The translations under genes were made by a program, and so were the position numbers. Source: Histomonas meleagridis 2922-C6/04-290x (lineage: Eukaryota > Protista > Parabasalia). From it: a stretch of 64,000 nt of DNA. The stretch covers positions 62,001 to 126,000 of the forward strand of contig JAANOX010000190.1 of the NCBI GenBank assembly GCA_020184695.1, in the 5' to 3' direction. Position 1 is the stretch's first letter. Each line of letters starts with the position of its first letter. The notes under the pieces are model-generated. The model had not been told where the DNA came from, ran no database searches, and saw only the letters and a program-made list of their open reading frames with translations. Below, piece after piece: positions 1 to 9,243 of this stretch.

Positions 1-1
1 T

Positions 2-388
2 CGAAAAGTTTCGATGGGTAAAATCTTCATCATAATAAAAAATACTTTAAATGGCTTTATTAGGCCCTCCATTGCAGAGCTAATAAAGAAGTATGCTTCG
101 GAGGATGATCCCGCTGGAACAGAACCTTTGTTTACTGCAAGCAATGCATTCCAGTTCTTTACGTTGAAGGATGATAAACCTTCTGAAACAGTTTCTTTAG
201 TAGGAAACTTATGCACAGCTGCAGATGTTGTGGCGGAGGACATATTGATGCCTCATCTTGAATATGGAGATGTTATTGGGATAACAAATGCTGGAGCATA
301 CGCAGCAGTGCTATCGCCAATGCAGTTTTCTTCACAGGAAAAGCCAGTGGAATTGTTCCTAACTTCGGACGGATGTATAAAACAGTAA
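2..388 (+). CDS. 3' part of a fold-type-III PLP decarboxylase (Orn/DAP/Arg decarboxylase family, BtrK/LysA-like), truncated by the window edge
   Basis: Frame is open from the window edge. It contains LVGNLCTAADVV and ITNAGAYAAVLSPMQFSS, the C-terminal beta-domain motifs of this family; the style is bacterial. Confidence 0.8.
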   Translation, partial: RKVSMGKIFIIIKNTLNGFIRPSIAELIKKYASEDDPAGTEPLFTASNAFQFFTLKDDKPSETVSLVGNLCTAADVVAEDILMPHLEYGDVIGITNAGAYAAVLSPMQFSSQEKPVELFLTSDGCIKQ

Positions 389-715
389 ATTATGTTATAA
401 ATAAAGAGCATAATATTTAGTGAAAGAGAATATTCATAAAATGATAAATTTGTTTGGATAATTTTTCCATTTAGTAAAAATAAATGAATATCTTTCACAA
501 AGTGATGTTGTTTCCTAAAGTTTTTTGATATTATCATTTGGAATTTTTGGAGTTTCATATTTTTAATTTTACTGGAATAAGAAGAATAATTAAGGATAAT
601 TTATTTTATGACAAATTTATGGAAAAAATTTAAACAATCAAAGATTAAAAACATTTTAAATTGTTTAAATATGTGTATTGTTTAACAGATTTATTGAATA
701 ATATCATATGTCGAG

Positions 716-835
716 AACCCATTTGTTCAATGTACAAATTATTCCTATTATGAAAATGATGGAATTCTTTATAACGAAGATATCATAGATATTATTTGTT
801 ATCCAATAGGAAAAGAAGATAAAACATTTGAATTT
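716..835 (+). pseudogene. BspA/LRR_5 relic fragment
   Basis: Translates NPFVQCTNYSYYENDGILYNEDIIDIICYPIGKEDKTFEF, matching NPFLRC...ENDGVLYD..LISYPAGNDAKTF of the gene at 9244 with about 10 residues deleted. No start and no flanking ORF. Confidence 0.7.
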
Positions 836-1031
836 GGGATCTCATCATGATGAGTTTAAAATTTTAACCAATTGATTTATCTTCGTTTGGTAATAGAAAT
901 AAATCTAATTTGTTAGAGCATCGCTCTAGCTTCAATATAACAGATTATTACAAGAATTTTCTTTTGTTTCTAAACTGATTAGATTTTTATGATTGTCACT
1001 TTTTATCAATAAACGTATTTTCCCAAAATCA

Positions 1032-2678
1032 ATGCGACCAAAACTTCATCAACTCCAAAGTGTCATTGCCCACGAAGGTGAAATCAATGCAATGGCACTT
1101 GGACATCGAACTGGTTCAGTTTTTGCTACAGGCGGTGATGATCGATTTCTTCATTTATGGTCAATTGGAAGTAATAATCCTCGTGCTTCATTTGGGCCAT
1201 TTCAAAGCCCCATCACAGTTTGTAAATTTGACAGTACAGAAGAATCAATAATTTGTGGCAATAATGGTGGAACTGTTATGCATTTTGATCTGAATGGATC
1301 TAGGTGTATTTCAAATTGGGCTGCCCACAGATCAGCAGTTCTTGGCCTTGCTTTTCATCCTCAAAATCCCAAATTAGTTTTATCTTGTGGTTATGATGGA
1401 AAATTACATATTCTTAGTTCTGGGCAACGACGACCAATTCAAAGTTATAATGCTCATAATGGACCAGCCAATCATGTTTCAATTTCCAGTGATGGTCGTT
1501 ATGCAGCAACTTGTGGTGATGATAAAACAGTTCGAGTTTTCGATCTTTCAGCACAGAAACAACTTTTTAAATTCGACAGCCACACAGACTCTGTTACGTG
1601 CGTTGAATTCCATCCAACCGATCCAATTCTTATATCTTCTAGTGTTGATCGGTCGATCAGATTCTATGATCTTATTGCACAAAAAGAGATTCCAGTATCA
1701 TTTCCACTTGATTCTGCGCCCGTTGACATTGTTTCCTTCTCCCCAACGCATAACGTTGCGTTTTCCATATCTGCTGATTATCTTAAGATCGTTGGATGGA
1801 ATCCACCAGAGTTTTTTGACCACTTTACTGTTGGCCTTGAGAAGCCACACGACGTCTCCATTGACGAACAACTCATAACTATTGCCTCCTCTCGACATGA
1901 TTGCGCATTAATACATCGAATGCGTCTCAGCAACTTAAAACCATTTTCGCACATGAGCACACAGAGTTTAAGTCCTCTCTCAGAGCCCAAAAAGCATTCA
2001 CGTCCGACCACTCCTCGATTAATTGATCAATCAGCGATTTCACAATTTCGTGCTCAATCGCCAAAAACTCGAAAGCAAACTCCGAACAACAAAGAATCGC
2101 GTGTGCAGTCTGTCCGTAAGAAGCAAAGCGGTCCTTCTACAAACAACAACAATAATAATAATTCTTCGAATCCTGTTTTGATTTCGACCGAATTTCGAAA
2201 GTCGAAATCGACATTTATGTCACAAATCAATGATAAATATGCTCGTTTAATGCGGATAAATGAGATGTTACAACAATTTGGGTTAACTAGTCTTATGCAA
2301 AATGTTTTAAATAACGTCGATTTAGGCTGTGAAGTTTTGAGCATCTTGAGGTTGAAACCTGAGGTAGTAAAACTTGAGCACTCCGTTCTGATGTTGCAGA
2401 TAGCGTCGAAAATATTCGATGCCGACCAAGATTTGGCCGTGCAGACTATAGAGGCAATGCTGCAAGGATTCGGCAAATTGGTGTACGCAACACAAAGAAC
2501 AACGCTACGAAGAATTGGTGTCGACGTGGCATTGGAAGAAAGAAAAGAAAAATGCGAATCGTTCGTGGAGGCATTTAGAGAGGTGGCGCCGAAGCTCAAA
2601 GCTGTGGCTTCGGGAAAGTCAAATAACGCGCAAACAGCAGCAGAAATCTTGGACGAATGGAAAATGTTTTTGAAATGA
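1032..2678 (+). CDS. KATNB1: Katanin p80 WD40 subunit-like
   Basis: N-terminal WD40 repeats (AHEGEINAMALG, ATGGDDRFLHLW, SSSVDRSIRFYDL), a low-complexity linker, and a katanin con80-like C-terminus (IGVDVALEERKEKC). ATG 1032 preferred over the track's non-ATG start at 993. Confidence 0.85.
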   Translation: MRPKLHQLQSVIAHEGEINAMALGHRTGSVFATGGDDRFLHLWSIGSNNPRASFGPFQSPITVCKFDSTEESIICGNNGGTVMHFDLNGSRCISNWAAHRSAVLGLAFHPQNPKLVLSCGYDGKLHILSSGQRRPIQSYNAHNGPANHVSISSDGRYAATCGDDKTVRVFDLSAQKQLFKFDSHTDSVTCVEFHPTDPILISSSVDRSIRFYDLIAQKEIPVSFPLDSAPVDIVSFSPTHNVAFSISADYLKIVGWNPPEFFDHFTVGLEKPHDVSIDEQLITIASSRHDCALIHRMRLSNLKPFSHMSTQSLSPLSEPKKHSRPTTPRLIDQSAISQFRAQSPKTRKQTPNNKESRVQSVRKKQSGPSTNNNNNNNSSNPVLISTEFRKSKSTFMSQINDKYARLMRINEMLQQFGLTSLMQNVLNNVDLGCEVLSILRLKPEVVKLEHSVLMLQIASKIFDADQDLAVQTIEAMLQGFGKLVYATQRTTLRRIGVDVALEERKEKCESFVEAFREVAPKLKAVASGKSNNAQTAAEILDEWKMFLK

Positions 2679-2945
2679 AATGTTCGGTTTGATATTTTGT
2701 GTTTTAATGCGAATTCATTTAATAAACTGTTGTCTACGAAAACAAAATGAAATTAAAAATTATAAAAACAGAAATAATTTTACAAAAAATTTCACATAAC
2801 TTAGTGGGTTTAATAATATTTAAATATTTTTTTTTTATTATAAGCAGTGAGTTAAATGTTATAACATTTTAAGGGTGGATTGTGTCACTTTTTAACTATA
2901 AACAGTTTTTATATATTTGTGTGTAATGTAAATAGTTCACCTCCG

Positions 2946-3437
2946 ATGGACGAATATTGCAGCCCAATATTTCGTATCGCATTAATGAGTGATTCAGGCG
3001 TTGGAAAAACGCAAATTTGCTATTGGATTACTGAAGGCAAAAATTCAGATGAGCAACTTAAACCTACAATTGGAATGATATATTATCATATGCAAAATAC
3101 ACCCATTGGCGAAGGAGTGGTTGTTCAAGATACTTCAGGAAATCCAAAATTTAGACCTTTATATAAGTACAAGATTTTAGCTCATGTCGTTCTCATTGTT
3201 TATGATGTTTCAAACCGAGAAGCTTTTGATCAAGTTGAGTCATTTGCTTCAATTTTTGACGTAAAACCTCAAGTTTTACTTTTAGTCGGAAATACAGTTG
3301 CAAAAAAAGAACGGCAAATATCACTTGAAGAAGGTTCAAAAAAAGCTGAGGAAATAGGAATGTATTTTATAGAAGTGAATACCATTACAGGCGAGGGCCT
3401 TGAAATGAAAAAAAAGCAAAAATGTTTTATCCAATAA
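2946..3437 (+). CDS. Divergent Rab/Ras-like small GTPase with polybasic CaaX-like end
   Basis: SDSGVGKT (G1), PTIG (G2), DTSGN (G3), LVGNTV (degenerate G4); ends KKKQKCFIQ. Confidence 0.65.
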   Translation: MDEYCSPIFRIALMSDSGVGKTQICYWITEGKNSDEQLKPTIGMIYYHMQNTPIGEGVVVQDTSGNPKFRPLYKYKILAHVVLIVYDVSNREAFDQVESFASIFDVKPQVLLLVGNTVAKKERQISLEEGSKKAEEIGMYFIEVNTITGEGLEMKKKQKCFIQ

Positions 3438-3617
3438 GTCAATTACAGATCTTTTATAAAAAAAAAAATTAAATAAATTCGTTTTTCCATATGAAAAAAC
3501 AAAGCTTTTTTCTTGCTTTAAACTATTTTGTAGCTGGTTCCAAAACCTCAAAATTTGTGATTTGCATTGGAAACCGTTTAAATTGCGTTCAAAAGACTTT
3601 TGAAAAGTTTACATTAT

Positions 3618-5444
3618 ATGGAAGAAGAAGAAAAAAAATTTAGTTCAAATGATTTTGAAGTAAAAAGCTTAATAGGAGAAGGCTCATATGGAAAGATTCA
3701 ACTCTGTGAAGAAAAAGCAACAGATCAATTGATTGTTATAAAAGAAATTTCATTACTTAATAGAACAGCAAAGGAAATTGAAGAAACTCAAAAAGAAACA
3801 AAGATACTTTCGCTCCTTCACCATCCAAATATAGTTGCATATAAAGGATCATTTATTGAGGATAACAAATTATACATAATGATGGAATATGTTGATGGAG
3901 GAGATTTAGGACAAAAGATCAAAAATGCAACAGCACCGTTTGAAGAGTCCCAGATATTAAATTGGTTTGTACAAATTTGTCTTGCCATCAAGCATATTCA
4001 TGATCGTAAAATCATACATCGAGATTTGAAAGCAGAGAATGTATTTCTTATGAAAAATGGAATGGTTAAACTTGGTGATTTTGGTGTTTCCAAAATTCTC
4101 GATAACACATCACAATTTGCAAAAACAGCAATTGGTACACCCTACTATATTTCTCCAGAACTTTGTCAAGGTATGGAGTATAATGCAAAAAGTGATATTT
4201 GGGCCCTAGGATGCATCCTGTACGAACTCTGCACGCTTAAGCATCCATTTGACTCAAATTGCCTAAACGGTCTCATCATCAAGATTGTTAGAAACAAACC
4301 AGCGCCAATTTCTAATCAATATTCTCCAAAACTTCGTAATCTAGTTGACCAACTTTTACAAAAGCAAAGTCGAAAACGACCTAATATCAATCAAATTCTA
4401 AGTATTGATTTTGTTAATGAAAAAGTCAAAAATTTATTAAGTGTTACAATGCAAAAGATCGAGTTTAGCCATTCTGTTTTTCATGGTTATAAAGGTGGTG
4501 AAACACCACGAGAATATGATATCCCAAATAAATCAAAAGCTCAATTAAACCCAACCAAAAAGCCAAAGACCAACATAACTAAGCCAAAGGACACTATTCA
4601 AAGTTCACGTAATGCCAAACGTTTCCACTCCCAACAATCATCATCAACAGATCAAAATTATCCACGTAAGCCATTAACAGTTGAAGAAAAGCGGCGAATC
4701 GAAATGGAGAAAGACCAAGTCAACAAAGCCAAGCAAAAAGCCGTTCTCGAGAAACAAAAGCAAAAAGAAGCCGAACGAAAGAAGCACTTCGAAGACCTCA
4801 AACGCGAAGAAAAAGAGCGCAAGAAGAAGTACGAACAACTTGAGTCACCATTCCGCAAAGCCATGAACACAAAAAGAGCGCAAAACGTTGTCGATGGACA
4901 ACCACAACAACAAACGAAGCCGAAAACACCGAAAAGTAAATCGATAACGCAACAACGCGACAAAGAAGTTGAAGACTTACGTAAGCTAATTCGCCGGAAA
5001 CGTAACGAAGCAAAGAAGCAAACAGTTGATAACAATCACATTCAAATTGGAAGTGTTATCTTTCCAATTGATAATGATGACGAATTTGTATCATTAGCTG
5101 CGTATGCGCAAAACATTGTCGAGCATCCACCAGAGAATGTTGAAACAGAAGACGAAAATGAAAACGTGGAAAGAGTGAAGTTTATGTTTAAAGGAAAGGA
5201 ATTACAAATTCCTTCGAATAACGACGTGAATTATGAGAACGAATTCGTGAGAATGTTCATTGAGAAGGGTATAGGGTTTGAGAAATTGTCCGATGTTTAT
5301 AAAATTGTGGCCGAGAAATCATGCGAAATGAATGAGGAGCAAATGAAAGAGGAAATTGAGAAAATTCTTGTGAACGAACATGAAAGAGATTATTATCCTT
5401 TGATACAACAATTGGTGTTGTCGGATAATATAAGTGAAAATTAA
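3618..5444 (+). CDS. NIMA-related (NEK) Ser/Thr kinase with coiled-coil tail
   Basis: GEGSYG, HRDLKAEN, DFG, GTPYYISPE, WFVQICLAIKHIH and YNAKSDIWALGC are typical of NEK1-like kinases. Confidence 0.92.
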   Translation: MEEEEKKFSSNDFEVKSLIGEGSYGKIQLCEEKATDQLIVIKEISLLNRTAKEIEETQKETKILSLLHHPNIVAYKGSFIEDNKLYIMMEYVDGGDLGQKIKNATAPFEESQILNWFVQICLAIKHIHDRKIIHRDLKAENVFLMKNGMVKLGDFGVSKILDNTSQFAKTAIGTPYYISPELCQGMEYNAKSDIWALGCILYELCTLKHPFDSNCLNGLIIKIVRNKPAPISNQYSPKLRNLVDQLLQKQSRKRPNINQILSIDFVNEKVKNLLSVTMQKIEFSHSVFHGYKGGETPREYDIPNKSKAQLNPTKKPKTNITKPKDTIQSSRNAKRFHSQQSSSTDQNYPRKPLTVEEKRRIEMEKDQVNKAKQKAVLEKQKQKEAERKKHFEDLKREEKERKKKYEQLESPFRKAMNTKRAQNVVDGQPQQQTKPKTPKSKSITQQRDKEVEDLRKLIRRKRNEAKKQTVDNNHIQIGSVIFPIDNDDEFVSLAAYAQNIVEHPPENVETEDENENVERVKFMFKGKELQIPSNNDVNYENEFVRMFIEKGIGFEKLSDVYKIVAEKSCEMNEEQMKEEIEKILVNEHERDYYPLIQQLVLSDNISEN

Positions 5445-5999
5445 ACTGTTGGTATGAATTTGTTAATATGTGTTTTGTTTTACTAAAAAATTGATACTGT
5501 TATTTTGGTTCGATAAATCTTTCAGAATTTTTTGTAAAAAATAAAAATTAAATTAATAATTTTAAAGCTATATAACTATTCAACGAATCAATGAGTTTGA
5601 ATGAAACGATCAAAATTCACTTAAATTCAATCACAATTTTTGTGATAACTGTTTCTATCGTACTCCCAAAAAGTTACTTTTGAAAGCCTATATCAAAAAA
5701 TCAATACAATGAGGCCACACCATAAGCCACAATCATATCCCATGCTAAACATACCTTATATGGAAAATTTAATCACGTACCTTGATAACCTATTACAGAG
5801 AAGCCAAGGGACGTTGGATATTGTAGTTAAATTTAAAAAAAAAGGCATGCCGATTGGCATCTAATATTCGATTACAATATTATGTTTTTTTTTTTTATTT
5901 TTTATCACACCTTATTGTTCGCTAACCCAGTCCTTGGATTACCTCGCTTGATCAGTTGATTTGACTGTACAGCGATGTTCCAAGTAATATGGCATAATC

Positions 6000-6490
6000 T
6001 TCCTATTTTGTTGGTTAGGATCAAGTTTGTACCCACCGCTGTGATTCTGTGAAGTTTTTTTTTCTTCAGTCCCTGTCATTTCGTTTTCGAACTGTGTAGA
6101 AAATTTTGGTGGTCACCCAAATTGTGTAAGCTTGTTGAATTGATTTGAATCCATCGCCGATCATTTTCAATTCAAACGTTTTTCAATTTTTTTTGAATTT
6201 AACATTCACTTTTTTAAACGTCACCTTACACCAAAAACGAATATTATGGATGCTTTTTAGTTCTTTTTGCTTGTGTCTTCTTTTTGTGGTTGCTGGCTTT
6301 GGTTTGGCATCGGATTCACTTGTTGGAAGCGTGGAATCCAAGGAAACTGAGGCGTCCTGTTACTTGGGGTTGGAAGTGCAGTTGAAAATGGATTGGATTT
6401 TGCAACAGCTGTTCCGAACCCAAATTCACTTGTTGCCTTTGTATTTGTTGGTGAGGAGTGAGAAAAGGATGAAGATGGTGGACCCCACAT
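6000..6490 (-). pseudogene. Broken coding-like fragment with FG/NPF motifs
   Basis: Short ORF with SEFGFG and SNPF, followed by stop-interrupted protein-like frames; GC is locally higher than the flanks. Confidence 0.3.
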
Positions 6491-6604
6491 GCTGTTAGTA
6501 ACTATTAAATGGCGCTGTCATTCTTCATGTTGAGTCACCCCAAGTTATTTATTGATCTGCAAATATACAAAAGATCAATTTTGGGCAAATATTTTTGAAC
6601 CAAC

Positions 6605-8110
6605 ATGTGTTGGTTCAATCGACCGTTAAAATGCTTCCAAACAAATAGGTATATGGGGCACCCCAATATTATTAACATTGCAAACATGATGAAAAAGGTG
6701 TTTTTTGCACCTGAACCAAGCAAGAATAAAACAAAGTTTGCAAATCCATCCCAGGTTGCTTTGTTACAAAGTTCCTCTTTGTATGTTAAAGTTTCTTCAC
6801 TTGATAGAATCTCTGAAAATCCAGTTTTTGCAATCGAATACAAAAACATTTCATCGCCTCCCTGTACTTCCTCACCCACGGAAAATCATGTTCCGAAAAA
6901 TCTCGAAATTATCAAGAATAATAAATCATTCTCAAAAAATAATTCTTCAGACTTATTTATCAAAATCCCTGAAAATGACTGGGATTCATGTTCCTTCCGT
7001 TTCCACACCATTGTTGCTTTAAATTGTATCGGGATTATTCCCTCACTTACCAAATCCATATTTTCATCACAAGAAATCTATAATTTATATTGCAACAAAT
7101 TTTTTGAAACGTATAACATCCAATCCCAACCCATTGACATTGCATTATCACAATTATTTTCAAATTTATTTTTTTATTTATCGTTGTTTAATTTCACCAA
7201 CACCAACAGTCCTCAAGAGAAACAATCCTACGAGCACTGTTTAAAGCTATGCCAAGAGTTCAGTAACAAGTCAGTTCATCAACTTTCCGAGTCATCAGAA
7301 AATCGATATTTTTCATTTTCTGAACTGAAGTATGCCATTTCCAACTATCATAAAACTTTTTTTCCTGACCGTCCGATCCCTTCAGACATCATTGATTCTA
7401 CCACATATCATATATTGTCATCCACCGTAATCACATTGCGATACATTTTAGTTAGTTTAAACTTTTTGTCTAATTCATCTGGATCATTTCCCGATCTCGT
7501 TGAGTCCATTCATTCGTATCAAATCTTTCACAAGTTGCCCATTGGCGATTTCGACTTTTATACTTTGCGACACATGTGGAACCAATCAATGTCGAACAAG
7601 TGCAGCATATATGGGACATTTAACATGTGCGGCGTTAATATTCCGATTCCACATGAAATAGACTTTCATGAGAAACTTGGAAAGATAAAAATCGATCAAA
7701 ACAAAAACGAAGAGCTAAAAGATATAAACAATTTCGTTAATGATATATTTAATAGTGTTTATACTCACGTCGAAGTTCCGAATTCGATGATAAATAAAAT
7801 TAAAGAATCAACAAAAAAACAAATGAATTATGTTGCAAAATTGATCGAAAAACAAATGGAGTTCTTGCATATTATTAAAAAAGTGGAAGGAGGAATAGAA
7901 GCAAAGAAAATTAAAAACGAAAACACGAAAAGAGAAATAGCTGAAGCAAACGACGTGATAGAAAACGTGATTAAAAAATGGAAAAATATGAAAAAGGAAT
8001 CGGAAAAAATTAAAATGATCGTGGAGTTGCAAAGAAAAGGAAACGCAATAATGGCAATGATCATTTTGGTGTTGATGGTTTTGGTTGTTTGGAAATATTT
8101 TAGAAAATAA
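6605..8110 (+). CDS. Hypothetical protein with C-terminal coiled coil and tail anchor
   Basis: 501-aa ORF. A charged helical C-terminus is followed by AIMAMIILVLMVLVVW and KYFRK-stop. The start may be ATG 6686. Confidence 0.7.
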   Translation: MCWFNRPLKCFQTNRYMGHPNIINIANMMKKVFFAPEPSKNKTKFANPSQVALLQSSSLYVKVSSLDRISENPVFAIEYKNISSPPCTSSPTENHVPKNLEIIKNNKSFSKNNSSDLFIKIPENDWDSCSFRFHTIVALNCIGIIPSLTKSIFSSQEIYNLYCNKFFETYNIQSQPIDIALSQLFSNLFFYLSLFNFTNTNSPQEKQSYEHCLKLCQEFSNKSVHQLSESSENRYFSFSELKYAISNYHKTFFPDRPIPSDIIDSTTYHILSSTVITLRYILVSLNFLSNSSGSFPDLVESIHSYQIFHKLPIGDFDFYTLRHMWNQSMSNKCSIYGTFNMCGVNIPIPHEIDFHEKLGKIKIDQNKNEELKDINNFVNDIFNSVYTHVEVPNSMINKIKESTKKQMNYVAKLIEKQMEFLHIIKKVEGGIEAKKIKNENTKREIAEANDVIENVIKKWKNMKKESEKIKMIVELQRKGNAIMAMIILVLMVLVVWKYFRK

Positions 8111-8499
8111 TTAAAAATGTAAGAAAATGCGAATTTTGTTTTTTGTTGCGAATATAACTTATGGAATTATATTTGTCTAAAAGTACTCAAGAAATGAAAT
8201 TTTATTTTGCTTATATATTAAAATGATATGATATAAATTGGACGCATGTTCGTTGACATTAAATATTATGTAATTTTCAATTAAGATATTTATAAAGTTC
8301 TTACCAAAAAAGTGAAAATAATTAGTTATTCAAAATTAAAATGCATTATAAATTTTAAGGTATTCAATGTATTTCTTTAAATTTTTTCTATCATTTTAAA
8401 TGTTTTTACAGTGAGTTTAATCTTTTTATGAATTAAGTTAAAAATTATTGGTTTTTATTCATGTTCATCATAAGAAGAAATAACATTTGTTGATGCTAA

Positions 8500-8760
8500 A
8501 CATAACAAATATTGGCGCGACAGCATTTCATCTCTAAATTAAGATGCGTCTCAAGTTAAAATCCTATTGCAATAATGGGAGAGAATGATCAGGGGATGTA
8601 CCAATCTTAAATCTGTAGTTCTTGAAGGTACTGTCTCTTAAATATCGTATAATCCATTTCTTCGTTACTAAAGCTTGCAAATGGACATCCAAAGAAAGCA
8701 TTTATTTCACTTATTATAAAAATGTTCGAGTTTTATATGATGTTCAATTACGAAACTTTT
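8500..8760 (+). pseudogene. Internally deleted BspA relic
   Basis: 8594-8667 reads GCTNLKSVVLEG/TVS*ISYNPFLRY*, collinear with the 9244 gene (RCTGLKSVVLEEG...TVSSISLNPFLRC) but lacking about one LRR and carrying stops. Confidence 0.6.
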
Positions 8761-9243
8761 AGAAAAATTATTTTATAACTTCAAAAGGGATAAATTGTTT
8801 AATTAATTTTGCCTAAAAATGTATAGTTAAAAATTGTAATATATTACAAGTTATATTTTCACTGATTGAGATCCGAACTCCATATATTACATATATATAA
8901 AGAAAATTATCTAATATCAACTCACTTTTTAACGAATACCAAAATATTTCCCTAAATCTAATCTAATATAAGAAGCTTTGGACAAAAAAGGAATTGCACG
9001 ATTTTTTCAAGACCAAATAAACATAGAAACCACTGTGATCGCACACAAATATTTTGACTGCTTTATGTTGCTCTCAGAAATATTTTTGTGGTAATAACGT
9101 TATTCTCAGAAAAAAAAAGAAGTTGTTGACAATTTTCTGTGATAGTTTGGTCAAGGTCTTCTTTTTCTATACGTTGTTTCTTAACACCGAGTTTGACTTT
9201 TCTGATGGTTAGATAGGTCCTGAAAACAAAATTCAAATCCATT

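Noticed and set aside
1-400. Bacterial contaminant contig
   Set aside because: The decarboxylase is directly followed by a parabasalid BspA relic and a katanin gene with no operon-like neighbours. A chimeric join cannot be excluded without reads.
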